A DNA stretch of 64,000 nucleotides from a virus. The translations under genes and the position numbers were made by a program. The notes beneath the pieces were generated by a model, which searched no databases, was not told the DNA's origin, and worked only from the letters and a program-made list of their open reading frames with translations. The stretch lies in the IMG/VR virus record IMGVR_UViG_3300032093_000087, positions 6,650 to 70,649 of that record. One strand, written 5' to 3'. Shown one piece after another: positions 19,580-30,307 of the stretch (its first letter is position 1; each line of letters begins with the position of its first letter).

Positions 19580-19861
19580 TTAATTATGAATCAGGATTTT
19601 TCTAGTCTCAACAACATCACCATTTGATTTAAATATGAACTTGTAGTTACCTGGGGGGTAATTGTGTATTGTCATTTCGTTTGTCCCAGAACAAGGAACT
19701 TTCGGGACTAATAGAGTGTCGGATGAGTACACATCAAATGTGTCCGCTTTATCCGAATCCCAGGAAAGGGTAACCTTATCCTCAGAACGGTACTCGGTAA
19801 TGTTCATTGTTTTACAGGAGAACAAAGAAAACCCAATTAAAATTAAACTGTATTTTTTCAT
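19580..19861 (-). CDS. Putative lipoprotein
   Basis: MKKYSLILIGFSLFSC lipobox. Confidence 0.65.
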   Translation of the reverse strand: MKKYSLILIGFSLFSCKTMNITEYRSEDKVTLSWDSDKADTFDVYSSDTLLVPKVPCSGTNEMTIHNYPPGNYKFIFKSNGDVVETRKILIHN

Positions 19862-19864
19862 ATT

Positions 19865-20173
19865 TTAGTTATATAAGATTTCATAGTTGTTATTGAAGAT
19901 CTCCGGTGATTTAAACCCGGTTTTTAATATCGATCTTTTTACCACAAACATTTGTTCAATTAGGTGAACACGATGGCAAAGTAACTCACTTAATGTGTTT
20001 TTCATTGACCCTTTTATTAAGTCATAATTATCAATCAACATCTCAAGTCGAATGGATAAATCAATTCCATCTGAATAAATCATGAATAGGGAATCTTGAT
20101 CATAATTATCGACTAACGTTTTGGAGTCGTGTTTGATCGAGTAAAATACGGATGAGAATACTTCGTTATACAT
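19865..20173 (-). CDS. Hypothetical protein
   Basis: ORF track; TAnnTTTG box upstream. Confidence 0.6.
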   Translation of the reverse strand: MYNEVFSSVFYSIKHDSKTLVDNYDQDSLFMIYSDGIDLSIRLEMLIDNYDLIKGSMKNTLSELLCHRVHLIEQMFVVKRSILKTGFKSPEIFNNNYEILYN

Positions 20174-20236
20174 ATCACAATAATTTAAGATTATGTGACA
20201 AATATAACTGTTTTTTTTTAATTCACAAAATTTTTA

Positions 20237-20671
20237 TTAAAAATCTTCTTCGGTTTCTTCACTATCGTAATCAAGTTGACATGATATTGGTGTGTCAATA
20301 ACCTTCCATCTACGGTGATCAATCCCCTCCGACAATTCATACTCCTCCTCATCACGTAACATTTCATCAATAATCTCATAAGTTCTTTCCAGGTGATCAC
20401 AAATATAATCCCTAACATATTCGAATGTCGGTCCGGATACTGGTAGTTCAGCTATAATCATTTCATCACCCCACTGTTCACAAACTAAAACAGACCCAAA
20501 TCTTTTAAATTCTAGATCAGTTGTTTTACTTTGAGCTATTTTAATCTTACAATTCTCACCGGTCCTTGGGTGGGTATATTTTAGATCTTCCTCAGAGTAA
20601 TTACTTTCTGAGATGACTTTTTTTATTAATTTGATTAATTCAGATTCAGTTAATCTAACTTTACGTACCAT
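20237..20671 (-). CDS. Leader-family hypothetical protein
   Basis: MVRKVRLTESELIKLIKKVISE. Confidence 0.75.
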   Translation of the reverse strand: MVRKVRLTESELIKLIKKVISESNYSEEDLKYTHPRTGENCKIKIAQSKTTDLEFKRFGSVLVCEQWGDEMIIAELPVSGPTFEYVRDYICDHLERTYEIIDEMLRDEEEYELSEGIDHRRWKVIDTPISCQLDYDSEETEEDF

Positions 20672-20810
20672 TTTGATATTTTATAATAAATATCAAGTGA
20701 TTCACTAATTTTCAACTGATGGGGGTTGGGTGTTATTAATCTCCCATAAATATTTTTGATAATCTTCAGAATTTATAAACTCTTCATGTATTTCTTGTAT
20801 GATATCTTCA

Positions 20811-21506
20811 CTACACATTGTATAAAAGTTTTATTAGTTTAACATCAATATTTGAATATTCGAATACTTCGTTCCCTCCCTGATAAAAACAACTTTCGGG
20901 GTATAACCAACTATCGTTATAAAAACCCAATGATTGGGTTATTTCTTCACGTATAGCGTCTCTAATGTCATTGTCACTATCCTGTTTTGGTAAATTTATA
21001 AAAATCCTAGATGATTTTATTTCATCCGATCTTCCGGTTTTAGTCATAAAGAACCCCTCACAATTTTTAAGTTTATTGATACGTCTTAAGTCTGGATTTT
21101 GGGATATGAAAGAATTATAATCACCAAAATAAATGGTCATATTGGACTCACTTTCATCCTTGACGACTGAAAAATTTATGGGGTCAATTAAGTCATTTAA
21201 GTCCATAATTACCCTGTTAACCTCATCCAACATGAACTGTTTATAATCCCCATGAATATAAAGTCTAACATTTTTTTTATATTTTTTTGGTGACTTACGT
21301 AGTCTTGAATTTAATTCACTTTTAAGACATATCTCATTGAAATACTTCATGGTCTCCGGATCCGAAGTGTATTTAGTCCCCTCGTCGTTTGAAGTCCTAA
21401 TGGTTTCAGTATCATTTAACATCCGATCAAACTTTCTAAAATATTTTTTAGGTGTGACCATGACAATTAAGAAACAAACGGTAAATACAATTAAAAAATT
21501 TTTCAT
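20811..21506 (-). CDS. DUF2927-like exported metallopeptidase-fold protein
   Basis: N-terminal signal/TM; REEITQSLGFYNDS...S.FY...D..LIKLLY motif. Confidence 0.65.
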   Translation of the reverse strand: MKNFLIVFTVCFLIVMVTPKKYFRKFDRMLNDTETIRTSNDEGTKYTSDPETMKYFNEICLKSELNSRLRKSPKKYKKNVRLYIHGDYKQFMLDEVNRVIMDLNDLIDPINFSVVKDESESNMTIYFGDYNSFISQNPDLRRINKLKNCEGFFMTKTGRSDEIKSSRIFINLPKQDSDNDIRDAIREEITQSLGFYNDSWLYPESCFYQGGNEVFEYSNIDVKLIKLLYNV

Positions 21507-21528
21507 TGTTATGGGTTTATTTAGTTAG

Positions 21529-21602
21529 TGATCCCGGATGGATTCGAACCATCGACCTACTGCTTAGAAGGCAGTTGCTCTATCCAGCTGAGCTACGGGA
21601 CC
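21529..21602 (-). tRNA. tRNA-Arg(TCT)
   Basis: GGTCCCGTAGCTCAGCTGGATAGAGC...ACTGC-CTTCTAA-GCAGT. Confidence 0.95.
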
Positions 21603-21608
21603 ATATTG

Positions 21609-21785
21609 TTATATCTTTCTTACTTCGTATTTGTGACCAGAATCAGAGTTTAATTCAAAAATTTCCCTCATTTTTTCAGCTTCCTCAATAGTATCAAACT
21701 CCCAGATTTCACTTTCAGAGTTTAATATAATAACCGGTAAACGTTTTGTTTTGTCGGTCTTAACGTGTTTAATTATAACATACAT
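21609..21785 (-). CDS. Small hypothetical protein (58 aa), not in the ORF track
   Basis: MYVIIKHVK...SGHKYEVRKI; TAnnTTTG box upstream. Confidence 0.55.
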   Translation of the reverse strand: MYVIIKHVKTDKTKRLPVIILNSESEIWEFDTIEEAEKMREIFELNSDSGHKYEVRKI

Positions 21786-21834
21786 AATTTGACTATTTAT
21801 GACAAATATAAATGGTTTTATTTATTAAAACAAA

Positions 21835-23592
21835 TTATTTTGATTTTTTACCCAAACTAATTATTGGTAAACTTAGTCTTCTATTTGGTAAAATATTTAA
21901 AAATTGTTTACTAGTACTTGAAATTAATTTGTTGTTTGTGTTTTTTTGTGTGATCAAAATGTTGTTTGTTTTTATTTTTTTATTGTGTACATTTTGACTT
22001 GGGTTCACAATTTTATTGGGGTCGATAGGTCTATCAACCTTTCCCGTTACATTTGTAATTAGGGGTTTATCGTTTTTTATTATTTGTTTTCTGTCAGATA
22101 CGGTTTTTTTTACCTCATTTGATGTTTTTTTTTCTATTTTTGGTTCTGTATAGTCATCTTTAAGACCTCTACCGTTACGAACATCCCTAAGTGACTCGAC
22201 TAAAACCTCACTTATATATTTTTTAACTGGTATTATATTATATAACTGTTTACATACCCTATAATCGCCATTCGTGTAAGGTTCCCAATTTACCGTATAT
22301 TTGTAATGATGTATAAATCCCGCGGTATCTACCTGAGTTAACTGTGGTTCGTGACCAAATAGTTTAACATCTGGTACCGTTCTATGTGGAAACTTAACGA
22401 TCCAAAAAACCATCTCATCATCAGAAGTAATATTACTCATTATTTTGGATAATGCGGTCTTATTAACAAATTGATTATCATCATCCAAGTAGAGTATGAA
22501 ACCCCCAACAACCTCATTTCTAAGGTCATTCATATATAGGTTTGGTATGAACTCATTACCATATTCAACACCAATTGGTTTAATACCAAAACGGTAATTA
22601 TTGTAGTTATATTCCACCATTCTACACTTTTCTGGTTGTACGTATTTTTTGGATTCCCGATCATCAACACCAACAATGATATTTACATTTTTATAATCTT
22701 GTGAGTATACAGACTCAATACACCTTTTGAAAAACTTAGGTCTCCCAGACGTTCTAATTAATATGTTAACAATCGGTCTATTATCAACCCACTTATGTTT
22801 TACTAGATCAATGAGGGATTGATAATTATTTACATGACTAAAAATACCCTTACCCAATTTATGATACCATCGATAAAATGAGTTAACATTTGGGTCAAGT
22901 TCCCTAGTTTTTTTTGAAAATATAATATTTTCACCACCAAAATAAGCTGACATAATTAGTTGTCCCCCATTTGAAGATACGAATTTGGAACACCCAGCGA
23001 ACACCCTTAATTGGAGTTCGTTTAAACTCAAACCTGGATACATAGTGAATAATTGGGTAAACGTTAAAACGTTTGGGTACTTAAGTAGAACGTCCTTATC
23101 ATTAAACTCTAGTGGTGGTAAATGGTCATAGTATCTATCGTCATGATTTAAATTTAAATAAACTATTTGATATTTACCTGACAACATGTTGAATAGGGTA
23201 TCTAAAGTTTTTGTATCTAAGAAATTAATTGGGTCTTTACCCCACTCATTATTATATCTATTAAAAATTACTATTGTTTCACGATCAAAAGTAATTTTTT
23301 TATCCTGGTAATAATCCTTCAGGGGGGGAGGTGTGAATTTAGACCAGTCTAGTTCACTTTTATGTATGTCAATATTAGGGAAATTTTCCCTTTTCAACTC
23401 CAGTACAGAATCCCAGGATCTTTTATTATTAATTTCAGTGTGGTTTGGACTAAAAAAGTAAAAGCACTTAGTATCAAATCCAGATATTGTGGACTCTAAT
23501 TGACCGTTTACATATTGATTGTACGCTAATGGGAGTACCGACAATAATTCATACCCAAACTCACAACATTTTGAATCTATAGTTCTATACAT
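21835..23592 (-). CDS. Two-domain glycosyltransferase with C-terminal GT2 domain
   Basis: VNILIRTSGRP...SVYSQDY.N..IIVGVDD...LYLDDD...GDY GT2 motifs. Confidence 0.8.
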   Translation of the reverse strand: MYRTIDSKCCEFGYELLSVLPLAYNQYVNGQLESTISGFDTKCFYFFSPNHTEINNKRSWDSVLELKRENFPNIDIHKSELDWSKFTPPPLKDYYQDKKITFDRETIVIFNRYNNEWGKDPINFLDTKTLDTLFNMLSGKYQIVYLNLNHDDRYYDHLPPLEFNDKDVLLKYPNVLTFTQLFTMYPGLSLNELQLRVFAGCSKFVSSNGGQLIMSAYFGGENIIFSKKTRELDPNVNSFYRWYHKLGKGIFSHVNNYQSLIDLVKHKWVDNRPIVNILIRTSGRPKFFKRCIESVYSQDYKNVNIIVGVDDRESKKYVQPEKCRMVEYNYNNYRFGIKPIGVEYGNEFIPNLYMNDLRNEVVGGFILYLDDDNQFVNKTALSKIMSNITSDDEMVFWIVKFPHRTVPDVKLFGHEPQLTQVDTAGFIHHYKYTVNWEPYTNGDYRVCKQLYNIIPVKKYISEVLVESLRDVRNGRGLKDDYTEPKIEKKTSNEVKKTVSDRKQIIKNDKPLITNVTGKVDRPIDPNKIVNPSQNVHNKKIKTNNILITQKNTNNKLISSTSKQFLNILPNRRLSLPIISLGKKSK

Positions 23593-23632
23593 TAAGAGTA
23601 TTTATTAATAAATATAGTAAATATTAATAATA

Positions 23633-24217
23633 ATGATAGACATAATAGCTGTAACATACGGACATAAAGAAATTTTAAAGTGTTTCATTAATTCAATAAA
23701 ATCACAAACCAACAATAGATGGAGATTACACCTCATACATGATGGGGTAAATAAAGAACTTGAAAATGAATTAACCAGTGAGGGTTATTTGATTAAAGAT
23801 AAAATAGATTTTATACAATTCCCTAGTAGAACTGGTAATTATGGTCATGTTCTACGTAATTGGGGTTTAACTAATTTAGTTAAAAATGATTATGTCTTAA
23901 TTACAAATGGTGATAACTATTACACACCTAATATGGTTGAGTTAGTTTTAAAACAAGGTGGGGACTTCATATATTTTGACTGTGTCCACTCCCACAATAC
24001 ACCTAAAAATACAAACAAATCTGATTATGGTCATATGATATCAAAATTGGAACGTGGTCAAATTGACATGGGGTCTGTCGTTATCAAAACAAATTTAGCT
24101 AAAAGTGTTGGGTTTAACCATATTGACTTTGCTGCTGATTGGCATTACTTTAATGAAGTATTACAGAAAAAACCAAAAATAAGTAAAATAGATAAAATAT
24201 TATTGGTACATAATTAG
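23633..24217 (+). CDS. GT2 glycosyltransferase
   Basis: IIAVTY, LIHDG, RNWGL, LITNGDNYY, ADW motifs. Confidence 0.85.
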   Translation: MIDIIAVTYGHKEILKCFINSIKSQTNNRWRLHLIHDGVNKELENELTSEGYLIKDKIDFIQFPSRTGNYGHVLRNWGLTNLVKNDYVLITNGDNYYTPNMVELVLKQGGDFIYFDCVHSHNTPKNTNKSDYGHMISKLERGQIDMGSVVIKTNLAKSVGFNHIDFAADWHYFNEVLQKKPKISKIDKILLVHN

Positions 24218-24220
24218 ACT

Positions 24221-25267
24221 TTATTTAATTCTTAGATTATCACGACCCAAATTAATGGATGGTAGATCCAATTTCCTATTTGGTTTATTTTTAAACATAT
24301 TTTTTGATGTATTATTTAATGATGTATTATTTTTCTTAGTATCAATTAATTCTTGTCTATTTTTTGGGGTTAATTTATTATTTTTTACCTGTGTAGTCTC
24401 CTTAATTGGGGCAGTTTTATTCACTGAGACATAATTTATTTCTTTAACCTCAACCCGTTTTCTAGGTTCTCCGGTTTTAATTAGTCCACCAACAATGTTA
24501 ATACTAGATCTGGTTGTAAGTTCTGGACTTTTTGTAAATTCCACATTACCGTTTAGTTCTGAAATGTGAATACAATTTCGAACATTTAGTTTGTCCGGAT
24601 TTCCAGGTCCAACCTTTTGTTTTATAATTCTAGAATACTTACTTCGTAATATTGATCTAAACCCAGTATCTGGTCTTGTTGTCAATCCTGAATTATGTAG
24701 TCTACGATAAAACATAATATCTTGTGTGTATAATACTGAAACTTTTGATTTATAGATTCTATTCATGAAGTCGGAATCTGCGGCACAAATCCAAGGTTCA
24801 AAACCATTCATTGAGATAAATGTTTCTTTTCTGATTGAGAACACTCCTTCACCGTAAGATTTTGATCTTTTTACATCTATATTTCCTGAATCGTTATTAA
24901 AGTTAAGTAATTTAGCTTTAATACATGTATATTTACTTATGTTTGAGATGGTATTACCGATCATCAATTCACCCATAATGTCATCTGAATCAAAAAACAG
25001 TAGTGTATTCGATTTTGACATTGAGGCTAAGGTATTTTTAATTGTGTACGGTCCACCATTTTCGGTGAATAGAAAAACTTTAAAATTTTCCGGTAGTTGT
25101 TTAGATTTAAAATATTCTAACGTTTTGTCACACCCATCAATCCCAAATAATACTTCATACTTATAACCATTACCTGAAACTAAGATAGAATCAATACACT
25201 CATCTAAATATTGTACGTTATTAAACGTTGGGATTATTATTGATACATCATACTGGTTATCGTTCAT
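24221..25267 (-). CDS. GT2 glycosyltransferase
   Basis: VSIIIPTFN, GIDGC, NGG...KN, FFDSDD, ADSDF motifs. Confidence 0.9.
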   Translation of the reverse strand: MNDNQYDVSIIIPTFNNVQYLDECIDSILVSGNGYKYEVLFGIDGCDKTLEYFKSKQLPENFKVFLFTENGGPYTIKNTLASMSKSNTLLFFDSDDIMGELMIGNTISNISKYTCIKAKLLNFNNDSGNIDVKRSKSYGEGVFSIRKETFISMNGFEPWICAADSDFMNRIYKSKVSVLYTQDIMFYRRLHNSGLTTRPDTGFRSILRSKYSRIIKQKVGPGNPDKLNVRNCIHISELNGNVEFTKSPELTTRSSINIVGGLIKTGEPRKRVEVKEINYVSVNKTAPIKETTQVKNNKLTPKNRQELIDTKKNNTSLNNTSKNMFKNKPNRKLDLPSINLGRDNLRIK

Positions 25268-25427
25268 ACACTTAAAATTAATATCTATATATAAATAGTC
25301 CGAAAAAACAAAATGAGGCCAAAGACCTCACTCTGCTAGATAATTGAACACCTCCCCTTTCATTAGTTGGTTTATCCTTATCCGATAACTACATCAGATA
25401 AGTTTCGTAAAACCAAAGCTCATCAAC

Positions 25428-25955
25428 TTATAAAGCTTTTGAAGCTCCGGAAATAACATCTTTAAACACCCCAAATCCCTTACTCAAAATGGGACAAATT
25501 ACTGGGTTTATTTTTTCTTCTAATTTATTAACAATATCACTATCAGCAACGGATTCAACGACGGTTTGTTGTAAGAACACTAAAAACATGTTGTTAAAAC
25601 CTTTTTCATATCTCCATTTATCTATGAATGACGCTATTATTGATTTAGCTAATAGTCCAGTCGTAAAAGAACAATCCGTAAATACCTTACCATAGTCAGC
25701 GAAGTTTAAACTCGCAAAAGCGTTTTCAAAAACAACCGCGGTCCAGGTATTTGGATTAATACCAATCTTAGCTAATAACCATCTAACAATTTCCTTTTTT
25801 ATTGTTTGACCAAAACCAAGACCAGCTTTATCGACCAAAGACCCGAACATGTCTTTAAGACCAGCTCCAATTTCTTCTTCCGTCAACCCTCTAGATCTCC
25901 AGTAGTGGACTTCAGTTAAAATGTCATCAATTATATGTGATGTATCCTCTTCCAT
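25428..25955 (-). CDS. Hypothetical protein
   Basis: ORF track; last gene of a tightly packed run. Confidence 0.7.
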   Translation of the reverse strand: MEEDTSHIIDDILTEVHYWRSRGLTEEEIGAGLKDMFGSLVDKAGLGFGQTIKKEIVRWLLAKIGINPNTWTAVVFENAFASLNFADYGKVFTDCSFTTGLLAKSIIASFIDKWRYEKGFNNMFLVFLQQTVVESVADSDIVNKLEEKINPVICPILSKGFGVFKDVISGASKAL

Positions 25956-25956
25956 A

Positions 25957-27261
25957 TTATTTTCTACGTCTTTTAAATTCTTCTAATAAATTTTTCTTAA
26001 CAACATATCCAATTGGGTCTACTGATTTTGTTTTTTTACCTTTAATGGCTTCAAGTACAAACTTATTTATTGTGTAATCCAATGTATTTGACATTTTTAC
26101 AGATTCCATTAAATTTTCATTAAACGTACCAATCCCAAATTGTGTGTCAACATCATTTAATAAGTCCTCAAATTCTTTTTTTAACCCAAGACCAAGGATA
26201 TTCACTGTTTTGTTATAAGCCCCAAGTGTATTACATCTGTGAGCGATATATCTATTTGTGAAAACAGTTTTAAATGATTGACATTTTTGTCTATCAACTA
26301 ATTTACCTTTTTGATATTTACACGAATATAAAAATCTAACAGCTTCCCTACATTGACCCATGTCAGAAGCGTTTTTATCTATCTTAGTCCTTTCACCAGC
26401 TTCTGGACAAAACATTGTCCATGAACCCTTTTTTAACCCCGTGTTAGGATCGTTTATTGTTACTTTTAATTTTTCGTAAGTAATCCCTGGAGGGAATTTT
26501 TGTGCCGTTGGGAATAAACCCTTAGCTGTTATACAATATTGGTAAGTATCGTCTTTTATACTTGGAATTTTTGTGGTTAATTTAGGACTCATGTCCGCGA
26601 TATAATTTGTAACATCGAGTACTTGGTCAGGGGTCGCGTTCATTAGTCCCTTCCTAATCCAAATATACATGGTATTAGGTGGGAAATTTTTAAAAGATTC
26701 ACCAATACTGTTTATTTTAGTAACGTCAAGTTTATCAAATTCTTGTTCACTATACCCAGTTGGTGGGTGTTGTGAGTAAACAGCACCTACGGTATCAGCG
26801 TAGTTTTGTAATTGAAGTTGTTGTTCAGGTGACAAATCAACTTTATTCAAGTCACTAACCTCAGCAAAAGCGTTTTTACATCCCCAAGTTCTCCCACTAT
26901 TAACCTTTATATATGTTTTTCCACTATCAGGAGTGACACATAGTTGGAAGTGTGTCAATCCATTGGTGTCTGGATTTGGGTTTGTCGCGGTGTCTTTGGA
27001 ACCAAAAAAATAAACTGTTGTAGTTCCCGTGGTCCCAACAGAGTAATTTGTTAGTTCACTTACACCACAAGCTGTGGCTAAATCTTTAGTAGCTACCATC
27101 ATATCACTAATTGGATACCCTTTAGATTTAAAACAGGATGGGTCTTTAATTGCGTGCTGTAAAACGGATTTTGGGTCGTTTACATTAACTTTTTGTGTTA
27201 CTTCTTTCCCAGTTTCATCTACTTCAAGTAAAACTCTTCTAACTAATTTATCAATGTTCAT
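25957..27261 (-). CDS. Hypothetical Cys-containing protein
   Basis: 434-aa ORF. Confidence 0.75.
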   Translation of the reverse strand: MNIDKLVRRVLLEVDETGKEVTQKVNVNDPKSVLQHAIKDPSCFKSKGYPISDMMVATKDLATACGVSELTNYSVGTTGTTTVYFFGSKDTATNPNPDTNGLTHFQLCVTPDSGKTYIKVNSGRTWGCKNAFAEVSDLNKVDLSPEQQLQLQNYADTVGAVYSQHPPTGYSEQEFDKLDVTKINSIGESFKNFPPNTMYIWIRKGLMNATPDQVLDVTNYIADMSPKLTTKIPSIKDDTYQYCITAKGLFPTAQKFPPGITYEKLKVTINDPNTGLKKGSWTMFCPEAGERTKIDKNASDMGQCREAVRFLYSCKYQKGKLVDRQKCQSFKTVFTNRYIAHRCNTLGAYNKTVNILGLGLKKEFEDLLNDVDTQFGIGTFNENLMESVKMSNTLDYTINKFVLEAIKGKKTKSVDPIGYVVKKNLLEEFKRRRK

Positions 27262-27285
27262 ATCATTTGTTTTTATTTTTCTTTA

Positions 27286-28824
27286 TTAATATATAGCTCT
27301 ATCTCCGGCTGACCTACCACATATCACCCATATGTTTTCAGGTTTAAAAGTAGATTTACCCCATTTAGCTAATAATTTTTTTTCCATTATTGGACCAAAT
27401 TTACCGTTAGTTGGTAAACCTAGACAAGCTTGTACCTCTTTTATATTACCATATATATCAGTACATCCTAATTTATATTCACCAGTACAGTCAGCGTAAA
27501 CCGTCGGATCATTAGCGTCCCCGTCCTCTAGTGATACTTTTGGTTTTTCTTCCTCATCTTTTTTGTTTTCATCATCTTTAGCACCACCGTCACTATCACC
27601 ACTATCACTATCACCATCCTCTTCAGTATTGTCACCAGATCCAGCACATTGTACTTCATAAGTGTTATCACCAGCGGTAATATATAGGATATCACCATCA
27701 ATTTCCCATTCTCCGGTATAACTACCATTTCCTGTTTTAAATTCACCATCATCATAAAATACACCACCACCTAATCTGTCTAATTCAGAGTTACCGGTGT
27801 TAGCTATTGATAATGAATCCCCACTACCATCAGCGTAATTTTGTAAATCCTCTTCACGAGCCATTCCGGTTATACAAACTGGAAAAGGTGATGAGTCCCT
27901 TGATGTTAAAAATTTATAAGCTAAATATAAACCAAGAGCTCCACCAACTATATATACAAAGTATCTAACACCTTTATACCCCCATAATCTTGTACCAGTT
28001 GCGGCCGCTTTTTCTTTAAAACTTTGCCATCTTGTTTTTTTACCTGTTGGGTCTGTAGGTGGTTTTTTTGTTCTTTTACCTGGTGTTCCTTTTTTTGGTT
28101 TAGTTTTTATTGGTGTAACCTTACCACCTTTAACATTTGTTTGAGCTTGTTTTAATAATCTATCTCTAGTTCCTTGTCCAGCGTTTGTATTTTTACCTAA
28201 TCTTCTTTGTTCTTTTTGCCATTGTTTTAATAGTCTATCGTATTCTGTTTTTACAGCGTTTGAATTGGTTACATTTGATTTTTTACTGGAGTTTTTATAG
28301 ACCGCTGTAGCTATTTCATCTGCCGCTGAATCACTATAACCCATCTTTTTAAATCCAGCTTTTATTTGGTCTTTTGATTTTCCAGAAGCTTTTATTAATA
28401 GATCATCTGTATTAGCTAATTGTTTAATCAAAACATCTTTAGCAGCTTTGTTAGCTCCTGAATTAATTACATGAACCCTAAGTTGACCCATTGAAGTTTT
28501 AGTCAAAGTTCCCTTACTTAAAGCTATTAAAACATCGTCCGCGTTTCTAGCTACTTTTGCAACACTTTTACCACCAACCTCAATAGTATAACTTATTTTA
28601 CCGCCAGCACCTCTTAAAATGTCATCAGCAACGTTTCTAGCGGCCGCTCTAGCACTTCCTTTTAACGCAGCTTCACTACTAGCACCAAATAAAGCTCTAA
28701 ACAATCCTTTTAACGGTTGTTCCATTAAAAGGTCTTCGAAAATAAATTCTCTATTTTCGGTTAAAGTATGTTTTGAGTCATACTTCATCATTAATAAAAT
28801 TCTTTTTACAACGTCTTCACTCAT
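27286..28824 (-). CDS. Membrane-anchored protein, possibly virion/ejected; PG-binding-like C-terminus
   Basis: Basic Ala/Gly-rich N-half, one TM (YFVYIVGGALGLYLAY), acidic linker, KEVQACLGL..NGKFGP. Confidence 0.6.
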   Translation of the reverse strand: MSEDVVKRILLMMKYDSKHTLTENREFIFEDLLMEQPLKGLFRALFGASSEAALKGSARAAARNVADDILRGAGGKISYTIEVGGKSVAKVARNADDVLIALSKGTLTKTSMGQLRVHVINSGANKAAKDVLIKQLANTDDLLIKASGKSKDQIKAGFKKMGYSDSAADEIATAVYKNSSKKSNVTNSNAVKTEYDRLLKQWQKEQRRLGKNTNAGQGTRDRLLKQAQTNVKGGKVTPIKTKPKKGTPGKRTKKPPTDPTGKKTRWQSFKEKAAATGTRLWGYKGVRYFVYIVGGALGLYLAYKFLTSRDSSPFPVCITGMAREEDLQNYADGSGDSLSIANTGNSELDRLGGGVFYDDGEFKTGNGSYTGEWEIDGDILYITAGDNTYEVQCAGSGDNTEEDGDSDSGDSDGGAKDDENKKDEEEKPKVSLEDGDANDPTVYADCTGEYKLGCTDIYGNIKEVQACLGLPTNGKFGPIMEKKLLAKWGKSTFKPENIWVICGRSAGDRAIY

Positions 28825-28835
28825 TTTTTTTTATA

Positions 28836-30263
28836 TTAAAATTCTTCTGGGTAATCAATACCAGCTTCTGGTTCACTTTTAACTATTTCATCCGATATTT
28901 TACCCTCAGTTTCTTCTTTAGCTTTTTGTATTTGTTCTGGGGTTATCTCACCACTTTCAGCTTTTTGTTTACACGTCCAATCGTCAAGACCAAAATAGTC
29001 ACATATCGCACCTGTTAATAACATAGCTCCACCAGTTGTGGCAACAATAACACCTTTTGATGGCACAACATAATTAGCACCTTGACCAATCAATGTTTGT
29101 TTTAGTGTTTCTTTTGATCCCGTTCCAGCCGCTGTTTTAGTTACGGTTTTGGTCGCGGTTGAGGATCCACCCTTAGCTAAACTAGCTAAACTAGCTTCAG
29201 CTTTACTTCCATAATTAGCTAACCATTTAATACCTAATTTTTCGCCTATAAATTTAACTCCTTTAGCTATCCACCCACCAATTTTTGACAAACTAGTTGT
29301 GATTATCCCTAAAGCTTTACCAAGTATCGGTATTTTACTAGCCAATCTCCAAACAGCTGAAATAGATTTTACTCCAGCTACCGCTACCGCTTTTAAACCT
29401 TTACCAATTAATGGGAATAGTAAGGAAATCGCGTCTATAATAATGTCAAACCAACTCCAAGCGTACTTACCACTTTCATATTTACCACTCAACATTTTAT
29501 AAATGTCCCATATCAACAAAATACCAAATATAATTAATGTTGGTATTTGACCAACACCAGGTATAAAGCTAACAGCGGTTAATACACCAATACCAAGAAC
29601 TGACATCGCTAAACTCCTAAGACCCTCCATTAAACACTCAACAAAGTTATTAGTTAAACATTTCCAAGCTGCAACTACCGCGTCCTTAACTGTGTTATAT
29701 ATGTTCTTAACTGTTTTAACACCATAATCCCATGTTTTCTTTGCCACATTTTTAAGTCCACCCTCTTTATAAGCTTTAACAACTTTTTTACCTTTATCAT
29801 AAGCCCAGGTAACCGGTCTATAAGCGATGAAATCTTTTGAAAATGGGTTGTACCAAGACTCTGTCAACCCGATTATAAAGTCCCAAGATTCTGAAACATG
29901 TTCTACTATTAAATCATCATCTTTGGATTCATTTATCAACAATAATCGATCACCAAATGTATCTTCCCATTCAGTTATAATATTTAACGCTTCATTTTTA
30001 TCACAAACTATTTCCACTAAGTTATTTAAGAATTTTCTAGAGGATGAAAGTAAACGATCACGATCTATAATTTTATTTGCGTATTCAAATAAATTAACCT
30101 CTTTAACCATATTAACAGCTTGTGGTATGTTTTCTGGTGTGTATTTAATTAAACTTTTATGATTATTTTCATCTACCGACTCAAACACTGATATTATACC
30201 TTTGTTGGTAAACACATACCTCATGTCTCTAGTTAGACCTATAAATTTTAAACTTTTTTCCAC
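28836..30263 (-). CDS. Multi-helix membrane protein, possibly virion/ejected
   Basis: Several hydrophobic and amphipathic Ala/Gly-rich helices. Confidence 0.6.
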   Translation of the reverse strand: MEKSLKFIGLTRDMRYVFTNKGIISVFESVDENNHKSLIKYTPENIPQAVNMVKEVNLFEYANKIIDRDRLLSSSRKFLNNLVEIVCDKNEALNIITEWEDTFGDRLLLINESKDDDLIVEHVSESWDFIIGLTESWYNPFSKDFIAYRPVTWAYDKGKKVVKAYKEGGLKNVAKKTWDYGVKTVKNIYNTVKDAVVAAWKCLTNNFVECLMEGLRSLAMSVLGIGVLTAVSFIPGVGQIPTLIIFGILLIWDIYKMLSGKYESGKYAWSWFDIIIDAISLLFPLIGKGLKAVAVAGVKSISAVWRLASKIPILGKALGIITTSLSKIGGWIAKGVKFIGEKLGIKWLANYGSKAEASLASLAKGGSSTATKTVTKTAAGTGSKETLKQTLIGQGANYVVPSKGVIVATTGGAMLLTGAICDYFGLDDWTCKQKAESGEITPEQIQKAKEETEGKISDEIVKSEPEAGIDYPEEF

Positions 30264-30307
30264 GACTTTTTTATTATAAATACTTAATAATGATAAAAAA
30301 TAATTTT

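Noticed and set aside
25310-25427. Hammerhead-like TGATGAG...GAAAC on the - strand
   Set aside because: The core lacks C3, stem II does not pair, and no properly placed NUH cleavage site follows stem III; probably a 3' UTR hairpin plus terminator.
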